From: Thermodesulfovibrionia bacterium
Lineage (GTDB): Bacteria > Nitrospirota > Thermodesulfovibrionia > UBA6902
DNA length: 50,393 nucleotides
Direction of reading: 5' to 3'
Assembly (NCBI GenBank): GCA_945788685.1
Contig: CALZMZ010000009.1
Location: forward strand, 1-50,393
Numbering within the stretch: position 1 is the first letter of the stretch; the number at the start of each line of letters is the position of its first letter. This document shows positions 48,107 to 50,393 of the stretch, one piece after another. The position numbers and the translations under genes were made by a program. Below the pieces are notes generated by a model that saw only the letters and a program-made list of their open reading frames with translations, was not told the origin of the DNA and did not search any database.

Positions 48107-49840
48107 TTATTTCACAGCCTTTAATTTCCTTTTTGGTGTCTTCTTTTCTTCATCAAAAATCATCTCGTCAATAGCTGCACCTGCCGGGACCATGGGATAA
48201 ACTTTTGATTTCCAGTCAACAACAAAGTCCATCATGACCGGTTTATCCTTGACTTTCAGGGATTCTTTTAAAACTGGTACTACTTCATCAGGAGTTGCTG
48301 CCCGAAGACCAACAGCTCCATATGCTTCAGCCAGCTTAACAAAGTCCGGTGTTACATCAAGGCCTGTATGTGAATAGCGCTCATTGAAAAACAGCTCCTG
48401 CCACTGTCGTACCATGCCCAGAAATCTGTTGTTCAGAATGGCTATTTTTACAGGAAGTTTATTTATAACAGCAGTAGCAAGCTCCTGTATGTTCATCTGG
48501 ATGCTTCCGTCACCTGCAATATCAAAAACTGTCTCATCTGGACAGGCCATCTGGGCGCCGATTGCAGCAGGGAACCCATATCCCATGGTCCCCAGACCAC
48601 CTGACGAAAGCCATGTTCTCGGTTTGTCATAATGATAATACTGGGCCGCCCACATCTGGTTTTGCCCAACTTCAGTACAGATTATTGCATTGCCCTTTGT
48701 GACTTCATAGATCTTTTCTACAACAAATTCAGGTTTGATTATCTTTTTATCAAACCTGTATTCAAGGGGCCTTTCTTTTTTCCATTTGTCAATCTGTTTA
48801 AGCCATGAACTCCTTACAGCACCCCACTGCTCCTTGTGCTTCTTCATCTCTGAAAGCAGATCCTTCAAAACATTTCTTACATCTCCTACCACAGGAAGGT
48901 CTACTTCAACATTTTTCCTGATCGATGTGGGATCAATATCAATATGAATGACTTTGGCATCAGGTGCAAATGACTCAGTCCTGCCCGTAACACGATCATC
49001 GAAGCGGACGCCAATCCCTATTATCAGGTCTGAATCCTGAACTGCTTTATTAGCATAATAGGTACCGTGCATTCCAAGCATTCCCATGGATAACTTATGA
49101 GTTCCCGGAAATCCTCCCAGGCCCATCATGGTCATGGTAACAGGTATCTTTGCTTTTTCGGCAAGTTCCTTCAGTTCCTTTGCAGCACCTGAGAGAATTA
49201 CTCCACCTCCGGCCATGATAACCGGCTTTTTTGCCTTTGATATCATCTGGATGGATTGCTTGATCATCCATTTGTTGCCATGATAGGTCGGATTGTAACT
49301 TCTGATGTTTACCTGTTTCGGCCATACAAAATCAGCCATCCCTGTTGTAACATCTTTGGGTAAATCGATCAGTACCGGACCGGGTCTTCCTGTAGAGGCT
49401 ATATGGAAGGCCTCCCTCACTGTCTGTGCGAGGTCTTTTACATCTTTCACAAGATAGTTGTGCTTTGTACATGGTCTCGTGATCCCAACGATGTCAGCTT
49501 CCTGAAAGGCATCATTACCAATGAGCATGGTTGGTACCTGTCCGGAAAATACAACCAGAGGAATTGAATCCATGTATGCAGTTGCTATACCTGTAACCGT
49601 GTTTGTCGCGCCCGGACCGGACGTAACGATTGCAACACCAACCTTGCCGCTGGCCCTTGCATATCCATCAGCAGCATGAACAGCTGCCTGCTCGTGGCGG
49701 GTCAGGATAAGTTCCATCCCCTTTTCATCATAAAGGTGGTCGAATATGTTGAGTACAACACCGCCGGGATACCCGTATATATGTTTAATACCTTCTTTTT
49801 TCAGGCATTCTATTAATATTTTTGAACCGTTTATTTTCAT
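48107..49840 (-). CDS. ilvB: Acetolactate synthase large subunit
   Basis: GYPGG, RHEQ, TSGPGATN, GDGS..MN, GMVRQWQ. Confidence 0.97.
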   Translation of the reverse strand: MKINGSKILIECLKKEGIKHIYGYPGGVVLNIFDHLYDEKGMELILTRHEQAAVHAADGYARASGKVGVAIVTSGPGATNTVTGIATAYMDSIPLVVFSGQVPTMLIGNDAFQEADIVGITRPCTKHNYLVKDVKDLAQTVREAFHIASTGRPGPVLIDLPKDVTTGMADFVWPKQVNIRSYNPTYHGNKWMIKQSIQMISKAKKPVIMAGGGVILSGAAKELKELAEKAKIPVTMTMMGLGGFPGTHKLSMGMLGMHGTYYANKAVQDSDLIIGIGVRFDDRVTGRTESFAPDAKVIHIDIDPTSIRKNVEVDLPVVGDVRNVLKDLLSEMKKHKEQWGAVRSSWLKQIDKWKKERPLEYRFDKKIIKPEFVVEKIYEVTKGNAIICTEVGQNQMWAAQYYHYDKPRTWLSSGGLGTMGYGFPAAIGAQMACPDETVFDIAGDGSIQMNIQELATAVINKLPVKIAILNNRFLGMVRQWQELFFNERYSHTGLDVTPDFVKLAEAYGAVGLRAATPDEVVPVLKESLKVKDKPVMMDFVVDWKSKVYPMVPAGAAIDEMIFDEEKKTPKRKLKAVK

Positions 49841-49853
49841 GTTTACTCCATTT

Positions 49854-50393
49854 TTATTTAACTTTCATTATAGCGCCTGTGCTTGCCGATGTTACAGCAG
49901 ATGCATAGCGGGCAAGCCAGCCCGTAGTAATCTTGGGCCTGATAGGCTTATGTTTATTCATTCTATCTTCAACTTCTTTTTTGCTCAAAAGAAGATCGAG
50001 TTTCCTTTTTGTGATATCGATGCTTATCAGGTCTCCATCCCTGACAATGGCGATGGTACCGCCTTCCATTGCTTCAGGCGAGACATGGCCGATACAGGGA
50101 CCTCTGGTACCGCCTGAGAAACGGCCGTCTGTGATCAGGGCAACAGAGTCTGCCAGTCCCATACCTGCCAGTGCAGATGTGGGGCTGAGCATTTCTCTCA
50201 TTCCCGGCCCTCCCTTGGGCCCTTCATACCGTATGATTACGACATCACCGGATGTAATCTTACCTGCAAGAATGGCTTTCATTCCCGCTTCTTCCGAGTT
50301 AAATACCTTTGCCTTGCCCTTAAATTTCATCATTTTTTTACTCACTGCGCTCTGTTTTACAACCGCGCCGTCCGGTGCAAGGCTGCCCCGCAG
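49854..50393 (-). CDS. ilvD: Dihydroxy-acid dehydratase, C-terminal part (starts beyond the window)
   Basis: [28 protein letters not shown]. The frame stays open to the window end ([17 protein letters not shown]). Confidence 0.95.
   Translation of the reverse strand: MRGSLAPDGAVVKQSAVSKKMMKFKGKAKVFNSEEAGMKAILAGKITSGDVVIIRYEGPKGGPGMREMLSPTSALAGMGLADSVALITDGRFSGGTRGPCIGHVSPEAMEGGTIAIVRDGDLISIDITKRKLDLLLSKKEVEDRMNKHKPIRPKITTGWLARYASAVTSASTGAIMKVK

Overview
A roughly 42% GC bacterial chromosomal window. Gene content suggests an anaerobic Nitrospirota (Thermodesulfovibrionia-like) or deltaproteobacterial organism; this is inference only. In order, it carries: a heme cluster (hemW, AhbD-like radical SAM, hemE, hemH, partial hemY) interrupted by a sigma54-type PAS/HD-GYP pair and a sigma28-type FliD-like gene; an RND efflux operon; peptidoglycan recycling genes (namZ, murU-amgK fusion); hcp with its divergent Crp/Fnr regulator and operator; two aldolases; a sigma54 activator next to a beta-propeller lipoprotein; a Cache-HAMP-GAF-GGDEF cyclase; a duplicated [multiheme cytochrome c + Cys-less thioredoxin-fold/TPR] operon behind a sigma28-like promoter; and ilvD-ilvB-ilvN-ilvC-psd-pssA-leuA-leuC-leuD. 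The most unusual signal is non-coding. (i) Many gene junctions hold degenerate 7-mer or 8-mer tandem arrays, often as inverted pairs, with a different unit at most junctions, and some enter coding sequence. (ii) A 32-33 bp hairpin micro-element is inserted twice, immediately 5' of GAATC, inside two other repeat families, once in-frame in a protein. (iii) A 110-bp duplication copies the pssA start exactly while its repeat part has diverged. No rRNA, tRNA, CRISPR array or transposase was recognised.
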